Shown: positions 47,933 through 62,070, counted from the stretch's first letter. The stretch is 64,000 nucleotides of DNA from Mobula hypostoma (GCF_963921235.1 NC_086101.1:130696001-130760000); one strand, 5' to 3'. Program-made: numbers and translations. The notes: generated from the letters alone by a model not told the origin.

Positions 47933-48133
47933 TGTGGTGATATCAGGTGCAATGATGTGACAGTACATGATTGGACAGAGCACTGAGCATGTGTGGGGCT
48001 TGCCAGTATGTCCCAGCACATGGCGTGATTAAGAAGTGTTTGTTTATTACTGTAAATAAAAGTTGTCTAATTCTTCCAGAATATGATTCTTTACTGTTAA
48101 CCCATGGTACGTTCAAATAGAAGAAATTTAACA
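47933..48133 (+). repeat. 3' LTR
   Basis: Direct repeat of 45972-46172. Confidence 0.95.
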
Positions 48134-50428
48134 GTAGATCAAAAGGCTTGTTCCTGTCCAGTACTGTTCTATGTTCTATGCTCTACTTTATCTTGGCTTT
48201 ATGACTCCATGAACTTCCTATTGAATGTGATTCCTCACAACTCAAAGATTATCTATGGTGGCATTAGATCAACAGCTTTCTTTACATTTAACCATGTGAT
48301 TTGGTCCAATTAGTGTTGTTATCCACATTAACCATCATTACAAATATATTTATAATTTCAAATCATTCGTCTGTACACTGGGTCTACTGACAAATGATGA
48401 TAGCAAGCTGACACCCAGTTCGTCAAACATAAAATAAATGGATTTCCAGCCATCAACCCTTGCAGAGCTCACTGCTTCATCTGCACAACCAATTAAATCT
48501 GGGGAAGCCCACAGAAATTCAAGGAGCTATATTTTGAAAATCACATGCAGAGAGACAGTAAAACTGCATGACTTAGTGTCCTCCACAGTACACAATTAGT
48601 CGATTCTGTTGCTGATCAGTATCTTAGCTTGCACATTATTCTTTAATTCTGAAATTTTCAAGCTTGCAGAAAAATATAGGGTATCTGTTTGAAATGGTTT
48701 TACTCTTTGAGATAATCAAAGGAAAGACCAGGCAATGGTTTAAACTGTCCAAGCAATTGATTTTATGAACATTATAAAGTACAAGAAATTTTATTGCTGA
48801 AAGAATTAATTCGAAGTGCACCTTAAATTTCACAAGAGTAATTATTTAGTGTCAGGAGACCAGAGGTTCATAATCCATTAGGAATATAAATGATATTCCT
48901 CTAGACTCCCTCTGAACACTCATGGACATTCAGTGTTTTTTTTCACTTTAGAAGAGCTGGTCTTGCTGAATAAGATCAAGTTTATCTGCTAAATGATGTT
49001 GCTTGTTGTGGATCTCAAAGAAAGATGCTGACAAATATCTCTCAGTCCTTGTGCAACTAACTTGTCTTCTCTGTAATACTTGTTCTTGGGTTCATTTAAA
49101 ATGTATTATGGTATTTCAGTCACTGATGTCATCTGTCAGGTTTTGCTACCAAACATGTCAATTGCCAACAATGAACTAATTTTTAATATTTAACATGGTG
49201 GGAGATGAAGCCGATATGTCAGTTGTGGCTTAATTGTTAGGGTACCGAGGAATGTACTTTTTTTCTGGTGAGAAGTAAATTCAAGAATCTGCCTGCTCTC
49301 TGAAATGGATATAAAAGATTTAGTGGTACGAGTACAAAGAAGAACAGTTAGTTATCCCTGGTGTTTTGGCCAATAAACCACTTCAAATAAGCACATGTTG
49401 GAAATAGGACATTTTAAAATGGAATGCCTCACTACTTGAAGTCGGCGTTGCGTTCAGAAGGTTGTAATGTGCCTTGTGGGAAGAGGAGGCACTCTTTCCC
49501 AAGGCTGCATTTAGCCTCATGAGTTCTGTAGAACGGCTAAAAGCAGAGAAGTCAGGATGAGAAAGGGGCAGAAAATTAAAATGATCAATGAGGGCTAAGT
49601 ACAACTACTGCAGCAAGTACTCAGGTCAGGTAGTCTTCATGGAGAAATAAACTGAGTGTTTCAGGTTATCAGAACCTGTCATCTATTAGAGCGGTTAACT
49701 CTAATTTCTTCTCCAAGATGCTGTCTGACCTGCTGAGTAGTTTCACTATTTTTTATTTTTAAGTCAGATCTGCAGCCTCTTTAGTATTTAGCCTTTTGAT
49801 TAAACTGGCAGGCAACTGGAAAGTCAAAGACACACCTGTGTGGAACTTTTCTATGCTTGGTGCACATGATGTGGTCTCCTCTTCATTACAGAAACCACAC
49901 AAAGATTGGGTTACAGCTTTGTAGGAAATCTCCTGGAACATTTGCAACTTTGCCCTATTCAGATGAGTGTCATCAAATGAAAGGTTGACTCTTTTTCTCT
50001 CTCTACAGAGGCTATCTGACCTGCTGAGTATTTCAGGAATTTCTGGTTTTTATTCTGTTAATAAGAATATTTCAAAATTTTTTCATTATTTACATGTTTA
50101 AAGAAACATAAGGGATTACATCACACACTGTTCGAGACTTCATGTTTGATAAGATATAATTTTAGTGTAACTGATAAGGGAAAAAATCTAACCACTATGT
50201 TCTTAGTGTTGGATCTATTGCCTCCTGTGTAACATATTTCTCTCTCTCTCATAGAAACTGAGTTCTTTGTATACTCCTGATTTGTTTCTCATCAAATATA
50301 AATTGCACCCTTGTATTTAATCTCTATGGCTCAATTTTGCATGTGTTCACTTTACCTTTTTCTACCATGAGCCTGGAACATTTCTTTCTCTAGATAGGAT
50401 GAAGCAAAGGGTGCAATAACGGAACTGT

Positions 50429-51324
50429 TGTAGTGTATGTGATTTGTAACCAATGAATGAATGTTAGTCAGGTCAAATGACAACTTAACCATTTCTGAGT
50501 TTGTAGCATGTGAGGTCTGTAGAGTAAACGCTGTAAGTCTGTTAGTGACTAAATAGATAGATAGATATACTCTATTGATCCCGAGGGAAATTGGGTTTCG
50601 TTACAGCTGTATCAACCAAGAATAGAGCATAAATATAGCAATACAAAAACCACAAACAATCAAACAACAAAATGCAAACTATGCCAGATAGAAATAAGTC
50701 CAGGACCAGCCTATTGGCTAAATGCCTATTAGTGAGTAAACTGAGAATGTCTGTCAAATGATGGATTGATGGATCCATTCAGAACTCAGGCTTATTGCTT
50801 ATATGTAAACATTAATGCACTTTGTAAGCCCAAGGAATGTTTTGTGTTCAAACGCTGGGGGACTTATGAATGGGGAGTGATCATTAAAATGCCTAATTGA
50901 TTTAAGAGGGTATGCTGAATGCTGTGTTAGTGAACACACAATGTGGAAATAAATAGGCTGTATTCACGGTATGAGATCAAAAGATCAAAGAGCTTGTCTG
51001 TCCCTGTGCTTGTGAAATTTTGTATGTATCTGTGTTTTGAGGTTTCCTTTGAACTTCAACCAGAACCAGGATTCAATCAGTGCCTGGGATCAAGGGGTGA
51101 TTCCACAAGGGAATTGGAAATCGGAGTTCTCCTGACGACGACAACTGAGGGTTGAAGGAATCTTAAACCCAGAAACCCTAGTGACTTGCTATGTAGTATT
51201 TTGCTTATTTATTTGTGCTGTCTGTTTTTATAACAATAAATTAGGGTTAAGTTACTTTGTTGTGCTTGTATGCTTACCGCTATATCTCACGAGTAGTTGG
51301 ATGTGATTAACCCACTGCATTACA
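50429..51324 (+). mobile_element. Solo LTR with Rex1 tail inserted at 50554-50723
   Basis: TGTAGTG...CATTACA termini, exact 5-bp TSD actgt, aataaa ~51235; insert flanked by imperfect 17-bp TSD. Confidence 0.8.
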
Positions 51325-52429
51325 ACTGTGGCTTCAGTAGTTTGCCAAAGAGAGATCAGGTTCCATTGGAAAGGCAGCAAAATAGCATCCACTGCACATT
51401 AGAATGGCAGAGGAAGCATCTGATTGACAATCAAACTGGAAGGGATATCTTAAAACATCTCATTTCATGGAGTCATGAGTCCACTTTAGGACTACTCACA
51501 AATGAATGTTGTTTGGAAGCCTTAAAAGAGAATGCAAAGATGGAAATCAGATCGTCACATTATGATCAATTGCCCAATCCATCCCCACAAGGAAGGACTG
51601 CAGGAGCAGGACTCTCAGAATACAGAATGATACATCCATAGAAACTAAGCAAGTAACTACTTCAGGATGAAGTAGTTCCCATTCTCCATTCTGCCCAACC
51701 TGTGGAATTTCTTAATACCTTGACTGACTGCATAGAATGGATTTGTTCAGATATATAACTGAATCTGTTTTGAAATTTGCTTCATGTCTGAGGTTTGATG
51801 GTAGCAATCTGCAAGTCCTCAATGATAAGCCAAGATCTTTGTATGTATAGACTATTTCACACTGAGAGTTGAGACCAAAGCACTGTTGGTAATCTTAGAT
51901 GCTGAGAACAGCTAATATAGCACATATTATTGATACATGAATGACTCTCATCAGTTCTATGGATACCTGGAGTTTTGTTAAACCAACTCAGTCTTGTGAA
52001 CTCCTGTTATTAGATGCATGAATGAAGTTGATGAAATGAAATCAAAGTTATGCTTTGATTTGAAGTCATTTGATCTCTTTTCTGAGACCATGGAGTGCAC
52101 TGGGTTGATGCTTCACTGAATTCTGCAAGAATACTGAAGTTTTTACTTCAGCACTTGAGAGAATATCAAACTTTAAATAAATAGAGTTTGCTCCTTTTGA
52201 AAGAGTTTGTAAAAGGAATGGGCAACAACTTGTAGATGTAAAAGACAGGGCTATTGTCCGTTAAGGATCATAAATGTTGGCTAACGTTGGAGAATATATC
52301 ATGTCTGACAGAAACAGTCTAGGAAAGATTATGGGGTACATAATAGAACTTTTAAAATACATGTGTTTGAGTGAACAAAATACGGTAAATAAAGTTGGTG
52401 TGCTACGGTTTGAGAGAACATACGGTTTG

Positions 52430-53220
52430 AGTTAACATACAGGAGTGAGATAGAATTCTTAGTTGGGGGCTGCAACGACAACCTCTCACGCAACACCAAT
52501 AAAACTGAAGAGCTCATTACTGACTTTAACAAAGGGAAGGAGGGCAAACGTGTGCCAGTCTACATACATTAGGAGATTGGCAGTGGAGTCAACAGCTTTA
52601 AATTCTTGGGCATGAATATATTGGATGACCTGTCCTGGGCTGAGCACCCTAATTGCAATCACGAGGAAGGCATGGCAGCATCTTTACTTTCTTAGAAGGC
52701 TAAAGAGGTTTGACATGTCACCGAACACTGTAACAAACTTCTCCAGATCTCCAGATACACTGTTGAAAGTATCCTGATTGGTTGCTTATGGTCTAGTACA
52801 GCACTTTGAATGCATAGAAATGCAAGACACTGCAGAGAGTAGTGGGTTCAGCCCCATACATCATGGGAACATCAATCCCCAACATTGATAGCATCTACAA
52901 GAGGCGCCGCCTCAGGAGGGCAGCATCCGTCATCAAAGATATCCACTCTGCAGGCTATGCCATCTTTTCATTGCTACCATCAGGCAGGAGGCACAGCAGC
53001 TGAAAGTCCTGCACTGCCAGGTTCACGAAAAGCTACTTCCCTTCAATCATTCCGTTCGTAGACCAACCAGCACAAAGCTAATCACTTCCTCAATGTAACA
53101 AAACAATGACCACTTTGATTACTTAACACTACAATGGACTTGTGTTCTATCTTGGGAAATCATGTATGATTAATGTTTACACATAAAAACTGTTTTAGTT
53201 GTGTATCAGTTATAATGAAC
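52430..53220 (+). mobile_element. Old Rex1 3' fragment
   Basis: Decayed NTNKTEELITDF, FKFLG, YFLRRLKRF motifs. Confidence 0.75.
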
Positions 53221-55959
53221 CTGATTCCAAATCTGACATGCTGCCCAGCCCTCTGATCACGGCCGTGTCTGCTCGATCCTTGGAGACTAGGAGTGGAACC
53301 CCCTGGACTAGAAGGTAAGTGGTTGCTTTAGTTCAGACCAGAAAGTCTTGTAGTGGATAATCTGGACTGGAAGGTACACTAAATGATACCTTCTGGCTGA
53401 CATGGAAGCCTGCTCCTCAGCTGTGTGGCTAAGATCAAGTGTAATACCATAGCAGATCTGAGGATGGTGAGAGAGGACAGAAGGACGAACTCATCATGAT
53501 CAAGGGTCTGGTAACAGTGTAACACGCTGATGTAGAGGTGGATCCTCATGCTGACTGGGGGAAATGAATCTGACATCCTTATCCACCAATTGGTGCCTAA
53601 TTAGAATGGTGGCATCTACTAGAGGATCTGGAATCGGAAGCATTTCCCGGGTGGCAGTGACGGAAGCTCCTTCACCAGGGACCACTTCATTCAGAAGGTC
53701 CTGTTCGACTGCTGCAATTACTACATTCAAGGCTTTTTTATCATAACCTTTGAGTACATGGTGAGATCGCAGAATTCCTGCAAGATACTTCACTCAGGGG
53801 GTCATCAGAGTGTGGAATGAGCTACCAGCAGCAGTGGTGCATGTGAGCTTGATTTCAACATTTAAGAGAAGTTTCGACAGGTATTGTACGTGAATGATAG
53901 GGTAACAGAGGGATAGACGATGGGAGTAGGCAGTTTAAATGTTTTTGACATAGACTAATTTCTGTGCTGTACTTCTTTGACTCGAAGATATTCGAGAGAA
54001 GTGGAACAAGGTGCCACAGTTGCAGCTGAAGGCACAGACTCTCTTCACCATCTCCACCCAGATGGAGAGTGTGATTACAGTACGCATGTTCACCCACGTG
54101 CTTGTTGTGGACATCCTCGCCTTCCTTGTCCATTATGTCGCGGGAACAGGAAACTATGTGGACATCAAAGATACGTTTGGGATCTGGAGAAGCAAATGCT
54201 AGGTGAAGGTCAAGTTGAGGGTGGAATCGGATGGCTCCCTCATTCACCCTCTGCCAATCTTCACCATCGGAGGTAACTGAAGTTAAGTGGTAGATACCAG
54301 TTATCCCAGACTGTGCCGTAATGGCACCAAGTCTGTTCATGCGGCAGCTCAATGCAGTACAGTCATCTGCAAGAACAGCAAGCAGGACGGCCACCAGACA
54401 GGGGACCATCAGGAAAGCAAATGCTGCAAACTTTGTGGAGAGATAAGCCACCTCTACAAAGCCTGTCCTAAGCATGTTGGCTGCTACGCACAGGTGATAA
54501 GCGGTTTGGGGGGGGTAGTCACCAATAATGCTCAGGCAAATGCTAACATGCTTACCACCAGTGCAGAAGCCATGGCCAAAACTGAAACACAAACTGTGAC
54601 TGAGGAAAGGCTGACCTTGAGCAGGAAGAACAGGAAGGCAGCATACAGATAACAGCAACTTTTCCTGTTTGGAGGATGCAGCAAGTGCGTGAAACCTACG
54701 ACACTGAGAGAAGAAGCACCGAACAGCCAAGGAAAAAGTGGAAAGGAGTCAAAAGGTAATTACAAATGGGGAAGAAATGCTGCTGACGAAACCAGGGGGA
54801 GCGCAGAGGCCATAAGCCCCGAGCTTTGAGAGACCACGAGCAGCACAAAGACTGTCGACCCCCAGCTCCTGGAGACCGGGAGCAGACCAGCATCCGGCAC
54901 AAGACAGCTCAGAGAAGTGACGGGCGCAGATTGATCTGAGCAGGATGTTGAGGGAAGAGCAGTGACCAACCTCCTCCCAGAAACACTATCAGCATTGTCG
55001 TACGTGGGAAATGGATCATGTTCAGTACCTGAGTCCACAAACAGTGTGACAGTTGATCAAGCCTATGGGCAATATGGCTCAGACTGAGTGACCTGGATAA
55101 GATCTGTGACTAAAGATCTCAATCATGGACATTAAGCTGGAATCTTTGAATGCACATAGTGTGAAGAGAATCGTGTGATGTGTCAACACCTTACAATACC
55201 CCTATTTGCCCTATTTGATTTTCATGTTCACTGGTGGGAAACAACCAAGGAGAATTTCAAGAGGATCTTTATCAACAACGGGGTTCAGAAAGTAAAGCAG
55301 GAACAGAGGAACTGTGTAAACTTCAGACAAAGATGCAGCAACTTTTCCTTCTGCAAACGAAGGAGGTGGATGTGAGGGAGAAGTTATGAGAGGTGAAATG
55401 CCGGAAAGCCCAGCTGTTCGCTACCAAATTCTCCAAGATCATCTTTGATCCAGGGTCCATAAGGTGGAATAGGATGAAAAGTGCTCACTTTTCTTCTTTC
55501 AAAAGGTTCGTGGGGGATCTCTGTGATCCAGACAGACACTTGGAGGACCTGCAGATCCTTCTATGCCAGTCTGTATGACCAGAAGGTCACAGACACCACG
55601 GCCTCCCAGAACATCAGAAGTATTAGGAAAAACAGCAAGTGAGAGAGTCTAGACCAGCCACTGAACCTGGGGGAACTGACTGGCTCCATCTGTTCCTCAG
55701 ACTCGAATAAAACCCCCGGAAGTATGGCTTACCAGCTGAGTTGTACTTGGCTCTGAGAGACTGGATGAATCCAGACCAGCTGGTTGCGTACATCACTATG
55801 TATATCATGGTTCAAACCTATGCACTACCTGACAGGAAGATCTCTGACAACCTTGTGCTGCTCAGGGATACCACTGCCTACGTACAGGACAGGGGGGTTG
55901 AATACCTGACTGGTCAGCTTGGACCAGGAGATAACCTTCAACAGGATGTCACACACACA

Positions 55960-58240
55960 CGCTAATGCCTTCACAATTGTTTTGGGGGATTTTAACCAGG
56001 CCAGTCTGAAAGAAAATCACTGAACAATTATCATCAACAAACCACTTGCATTACCCAGAGGAAACAACACACTGGGCCATTGTTACACCACCATCAAGAA
56101 TGCCTACCGTGATATTCCATGACCTCACTTTGGGAAGTCTGATCAACTGACTGTACTTCTACTCTCCGAGTATAGGCAGAGATTGAAGACTGCAGCACCA
56201 GAAATGAGGACTAAGAAGGTATGGACAAAGAAAGCACAGGAGTGCTTACAGGACTGCGTTGAGTCGATGGTCTGGACCGTATTCAGGGATTCATCTTCGA
56301 ATCTGGATGAGTATGCTGCAGTTGTTACCAACTTCATTAATACCTGTGTGGATGAGTGTGTGCTCACAAAGACTTGTTGTATTTTCCCAAAGCAAAAGAC
56401 ATGGATGAACCAGGAGGTGTGTGAAGGCTAGATCTGTGGCATTCAAGTTGGGTGACCCAGGTCTGTACCAGAAAACCAGGTATGACCTGTAGAGGGCTAT
56501 TTCAAGGGTGAAGAGACAATTTTGAATGAGGTTGGAGGCAACATCGAATGTACGACAACTCTGACAGGTTGTGTAAGACATTACTTCCTACAAAGTGAAA
56601 CCCAATAGCATGAATAGCAGCGATGCTTCGTTACCAGATGAACTCACTGCTTTCTATGCCCGTTTTGAAAGGGAGAATATAACTAAGCTGTTAAAGACCC
56701 TGCTGCACCTGATGACCCTGTGATCTCTGTCTCAGAGGCTGATGATAGGCTGTCTTTAAAGAGGGTGAACTCTCGCAAGGCAAAGGCTCTGATGGAGTAC
56801 TTGGTAAGTCTCTGAAAACTTGTGCCAACCATGTGGCGGGAGTATTCAAGGACATCTTCAACCTCTCACTGCAACGGGTGGAAGTTCCCACTTGCTTCAA
56901 AAAGGCAACAATTATACCAGTGCCTAAGAAGAATAATGTGAGCTACCTTAATGACTACCGCCCAATAGCACTCACATCTACAGTGATGAAATGCTATGAG
57001 AGGTTGGTCATGACTGGACTGAATTCCTACCTTAGCAAAGACCTGGACTCATTGCAATTTGCCTGTTGACACAATAGGTCAATGGCAGATGCAATCTCAA
57101 TGGCTCTCCACATGGCTTTAGACCACCTGGACAATACAAATACCTATGTCAGGATGCTGTTTATTGACTATAGCTCAGCATTTAACACCATCATTCCCAC
57201 GGTCATGATTGATAAGTTACAGAACCTGGGCCTCTGTACCTCCCTCTGCAAGTAGATCCTCGATTTCCTAAGCGGAAGACCACAATCTGTGCGGATTGGT
57301 GATAATATCTCCTCCTCACTGACTATCAGCGGTGTGTACTCAGCCCACTGCTCTACACCCTCTATACCCATGACTGTGTGGCTAGGCATAGCTCAAATAC
57401 CATCTATAAATTGCTGATGATACAACCATTGTTGGTAGAATCTCAGATGGAGAAGAGAAAGTACCAGCTAGAGGAGTGGTGTCTCAGCAATAACCTGGCA
57501 CTCAACATCGGTAAGACGAAAGAGCTGATTGTGGACTTCAGGAAGGGTAAGACGAAGGAACACATACCAATCTTCATAGAGGGATCAGAAGTGGAGAGAG
57601 TGAGCAGTTTCAGGTTCCTGGGTGTCAAGATCGCTGAAGAGCTAACCTGGTCTCAACATATCAATGCAGCTATTAAGAAGGTAAAATAGCGTTTATACTT
57701 CATTAGGAGTTTGAAGAGATCTGGTATGTCAACAAGAACACTCAAAAACATCTATAGATGTACTGTAGAGAGCATTCTGACAGGCTGCATCACTGTCTGG
57801 TGTTGGGGGGCTACTGCATAGGACTGAAAGAAGTTGTAGAAGGTCATAAATTCAGTTCGCTCCATCTTGGGCACCAGCCTACAAAGTACCCAGGACATCA
57901 TCAAGGAGCAATGTCTCAGAAAGGCAGCATCCATTATTAAGGACCTCCAGCACCCAGGATATGCCCGTTTCTCACTGTTATCATCAGGTAGGAGGTACAG
58001 AAGCCTGAAGGCACACACTCAGCCATTCAGGAACAGCTTCTTCCCCTCTGCCATCTGATTCCTAAATGGACACTGAACCCATGAACACTACCTCAATTTT
58101 TAAAAATATATTATTTCTGTTTTTGCATGATTTTTAGTCTATTCAATATACAAATACTGAAATTGATTGATTGATTGATTGATTTATGTATTGCATTGAA
58201 CTGCTACTGCGAAGTTAACAAATTTTACGACACATGCCCA
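55960..58240 (+). mobile_element. Rex1/Babar LINE, long decayed copy
   Basis: GDFNQ endonuclease end, [12 protein letters not shown]-terminal domain and 3' UTR. Confidence 0.88.
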
Positions 58241-58258
58241 TGAGAACATAAGAGGGGA

Positions 58259-61200
58259 TAGACAATAGACAATAGACAATAGGTGCAGGAGTAGGCCATT
58301 CACCCATTTGAGCCAGCACCACCATTCATAGTCATAGTCATGGTCATACTTTATTGATCCCGGGGCAAATTGGTTTTTGTTACAGTTGCACCATAAATAA
58401 TAAATGGTAATAGAACCATAAATAGTTAAATAGTAATATGTAAATAAGCTCAGGACCAGCCTATTGGCTCAGGGTGTCTGACCCTCCGAGGGAGGAGTTA
58501 TAAAGTTTGATGGCCACAGGCAGGAATGACTTCCTATGACGCTCTGTGCTACATCTCAGAGGAATGAGTCTCTGGCTGAATGTACTCCTGTGCCCACCCA
58601 GTACATTATGTAGTGGATGGGAGACATTGACCAAGATGGCATGCAATTTAGACAGCATCCTCTTTTCAGACACCACCGTGAGAGAGTCCAGTTCCATCCC
58701 CACAACATCACTGGCCTGACGAATGAGTTTGTTGAGTCTGTTGGTGTCTGCTACCCTCAGCCTGCTGCCCCAGCACACAACAGCAAATATGATAGCACTG
58801 ACCACCACAAACTCGTAGAACATCCTCAGCATCATCCGGCAGACGTTAAAGGACCTCAGTCTCCTCAGGAAATAGAGATGGCTCTGACCCTTCTCGTAGA
58901 CAGCCTCAGTGTTCTTTGACCAGTCCAGTTTATTGTCAATTCGTATCCCCAGGTATTTGTAATCCTCCACCATGTCCACACTGACCCCCTGGATGGAAAC
59001 AGGGGTCACTGGTACCTTAGCTCTCCTCAGGTCTACCACCAGCTCCTTAGTCTTTTTCACATTAAGCTGCAGATAATTCTGCTCACATCATGTGACAAAG
59101 TTTTCTATCGTAGCCCTGTACTCTGCCTCATCCCCCTTGCTGATGCATCCAACTATGGCAGAGCCATCCAAAAACTTCTGAAGATGACAAGACTCTGTGC
59201 AGTAGTTGAAGTCTGAGGTGTAAATGGTGAAGAGAAAGGGAGACAAGACAGTCCCCTGTGGAGCCCCAGTGCTGCTGATCACTCTGTCAGACACACAGTG
59301 TTGCAAGCACACGTACTGTGATCTGCCAGTCAGGTAATCAAGAATCCATGATACCAGGGAAGCATCCACCTGCATCGCTGTCAGCTTCTCCCCCAGCACA
59401 GCAGGGCGGATGGTGTTGAATGCACTGGAGAAGTCAAAAAACATAACCCTCACAGTGCTTGCTGGCTTGTCCAGGTGGGCGTAGACACGGTTCAGCAGGT
59501 AGACGATGGCATCCTCAACTCCTAGTCGGGGCTGGTAGGTGAACTGGAGGGGATCTAAGTGTGGCCTGACCATAGGCTGGAGCAGCTCCAGAACAAGTCT
59601 CTCCAGGATCACACTGTGATCATGGCTGATCATCCACAATCAGTACCCTTCTCCTGCCTTCTCCCCATATCCCTTCACTCCGCTATCTTTAAGAGCTCTA
59701 TCTAACTCTTTCTTGAAAGAATCCAGAGAATTGGCCTCCACTGCCTTCTGAGGCAGAGCATTCCACAGAACCACAACCCTCTGTGTGAAAATGTTTTTCC
59801 TCAACTCCATTCTAAATTGTCTACCCCTTATTCTTAAACTGTGTCCTCTGGTTCTGGACTCCCCCAACATTGGGAACATGTTTCCTGCCTCTAGTATGTC
59901 CAATCCCTTAATAATCTTGTATGTTTCAATCAGATCCCCTCTCATCCATCTAAATTCCGGTGTATACAACCCCAGTTGCTCCAATCTTTCAACATATGAC
60001 AGTCCCGCCATCCCGGGAATTAACTTCATGAACCTACGCTGCACTCCCTCAATAGCTAGAATGTCCTTCCTCAAATTTGGAGACCAAAACTGTAAACAAT
60101 TCTCCAGGTGTGGTCTCACCAGGGCCCTGTACAACTGCAGAAGGACCTCTTTGCTCCTATACTCAACTCCCCTTGTTATTAAGGCCAACATGCCATTAGC
60201 TTTCTTCACTACCTGCTGTACCTGCATGCTTACTTTCAGTGACTGATGAACAAGGACACCTAGATCTCATTGTACTTCCACTTTTCCTAACTTGACACCA
60301 TTCAGATAGTAATCTGCCTTCCTGTTCTTGCCACCAAAGTGGATAATCTCACATTTATCCGCATTAAACTGCATCTGCCATGCATCTGCCCACTCACCCA
60401 ACCTGTCCAAGTCACCCTGCATTCTCATAACATCCTCCTCACATTTCACACTGCCACCCAGCTTTGTGTCATCTGCAAATTTGCTAATGTTACTTTTAAT
60501 CCCTTCATCTAAATCATTAATGTATATTGTAAATAGCTGCGGTCCCAGCACTGAGCCTTGCCTGCCTAGTCACTGCCTGCCATTCTGAAAAGGACCCATA
60601 AATCCATACCCTTTGTTTCCTGTCTGCCAACCAATTTTCTATCCATGTCAGTACCCTATCCCCAATACCATTTGCTCTAATTTTGCACACTAACCTTCTA
60701 TGTGGGACCTTATCAAAGGCTTTCTGAAAGTCCAGGTACACTACATCCACTGGCTTTCCCACGTCCATTTTCATAGTTATATTCTCAAAAAATTCCAGAA
60801 GATTAGTCAAGCATCATTTCCCCTTCGTAAATCCATGCTGACTCAGACCTATCCTGCCACTGCTATCCAAATATGCTGCTATTTCATCTTTTATAATTGA
60901 TTCCAGCATCTTCCCCACCACTGATGTCAGACTAACTGGTCTATAATTGCCTGTTTTCTCTCTCCCTCCTTTCTTAAAAAGTGGGATAACATTAGCTACC
61001 CTCCAATCCGCAGGAACCGATCCTGTATCTATAGAACATTGGAAAATTATTACCAATGCGTCCACAATTTCTAGAGCCACCTCCTTAAGTACCCTGGGAT
61101 GCAGACCATCAGGCCCTGGGGATTTATCAGCCTTCAGTCCCATCAGTTTACCCAACACCATTTTGTGCCTGATGCGAATTTCCTTCAGTTCCTCTGTTAC

Positions 61201-62070
61201 CGTAGATCCGCTGGCCAATATTACATCTGGGAGATTGTTTGTGTCTTCCCTAATGAAGACAGATCCAAAGTACCTGTTCAGCCTGTTTTCAAGGGCCCAA
61301 CTTTGGTCCTAAATGATTTTTTCCTCTTCACATACCTAAAGAAGCTTTTACTATCCTCCTTTATATTCTTGGCTAGCTTACCTTCATACCTCATCTTTTC
61401 CCCCTGTATTGCCTTTTTAGTTATCTTCTGTTGCTCCTTAAAAGTCTCCCAATCCTCTGGCTTCGCACTCATCCTTGCTATGTTATACTTCCTCTCTTTT
61501 ATTTTTATACTGTCCTTGACTTCCCTTGTCATCTACGGTCGTCCCTTACTCCCCTTAGAATCTTTCTTCCTCTTTGGAATGAACTGATCCTGCACCTTCT
61601 GTATTATCCCAGAAATACCTGCCATTGTTCCACTGTCATCCCTGCTCAGGTATCTTTCCAGACAACTTTGGCCAGCTCCTCCCTCATGGGTCCATAGTCC
61701 CCTTTGTTCAACTGTAATACTGACACTTCCGATCTTCCCTTCTCTCTCTCAAATTGTAGATTAAAACTTATCATATTATGGTCACTACCTCCTAATGGCT
61801 CCTTTACCTCGAGTTCCCTTATCAAATCTGGCTCATTACCCAACACTAAATCCAGAATTGCCTTCTCCCTGGTAGGCTCTAATACAAACTGCTCTAAGAA
61901 TCCATCTCTGAGGCATTCCACGAACTCCCTTTCTTGGAGTCCAGTACCAACCTGATTTTCCCCAGTCTACCTGCGTGTTGAAATCCCCCATAACAACCAT
62001 AGAATTACCTTTGCGACATGCCAATTTTAGCTCTTGATTTAACTTGCACCCTATATCCAGGCTACTGTTT
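58259..62070 (-). mobile_element. CR1 (HER1-like) LINE, EN to 3' tail
   Basis: GDFN, SDHN, KSPGPDG, NYRPVSLTS, YLDFQKAFDKVPH, FADD, C-terminal ORF 59640-60227; (atagaca)n tail. Confidence 0.93.
58328..59615 (-). mobile_element. Rex1 3' fragment nested in the CR1 3' UTR
   Basis: DPLQFTYQ, FFDFSSAFNTI, GAPQGTVLSP; (tagtca)n tail. Confidence 0.9.

Larger units (their letters stand above)
45972..48133 (+). mobile_element. Non-autonomous Gypsy (Mag-like) LTR element carrying captured host gene fragments
   Basis: 201-bp LTRs, PBS, gag, PPT; inserted in CR1 tail with degenerate 6-bp TSD gtggac/gtagat. Confidence 0.95.
41946..48181 (+). mobile_element. HER1/CR1 LINE with SGNH-esterase ORF1 and EN/RT ORF2, interrupted twice
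   Basis: ORF1 GDSIVR...HIGTNN...DGLHLN; EN GDFNFP, LDLVL, SDHN; RT YMDFSKA, GVPQ, FADD; (ttctatg)n tail at ~48165-48181. Confidence 0.92.

Noticed and set aside
53855-54730. 291-aa minus-strand ORF
   Set aside because: Antisense shadow of Tx1 ORF1
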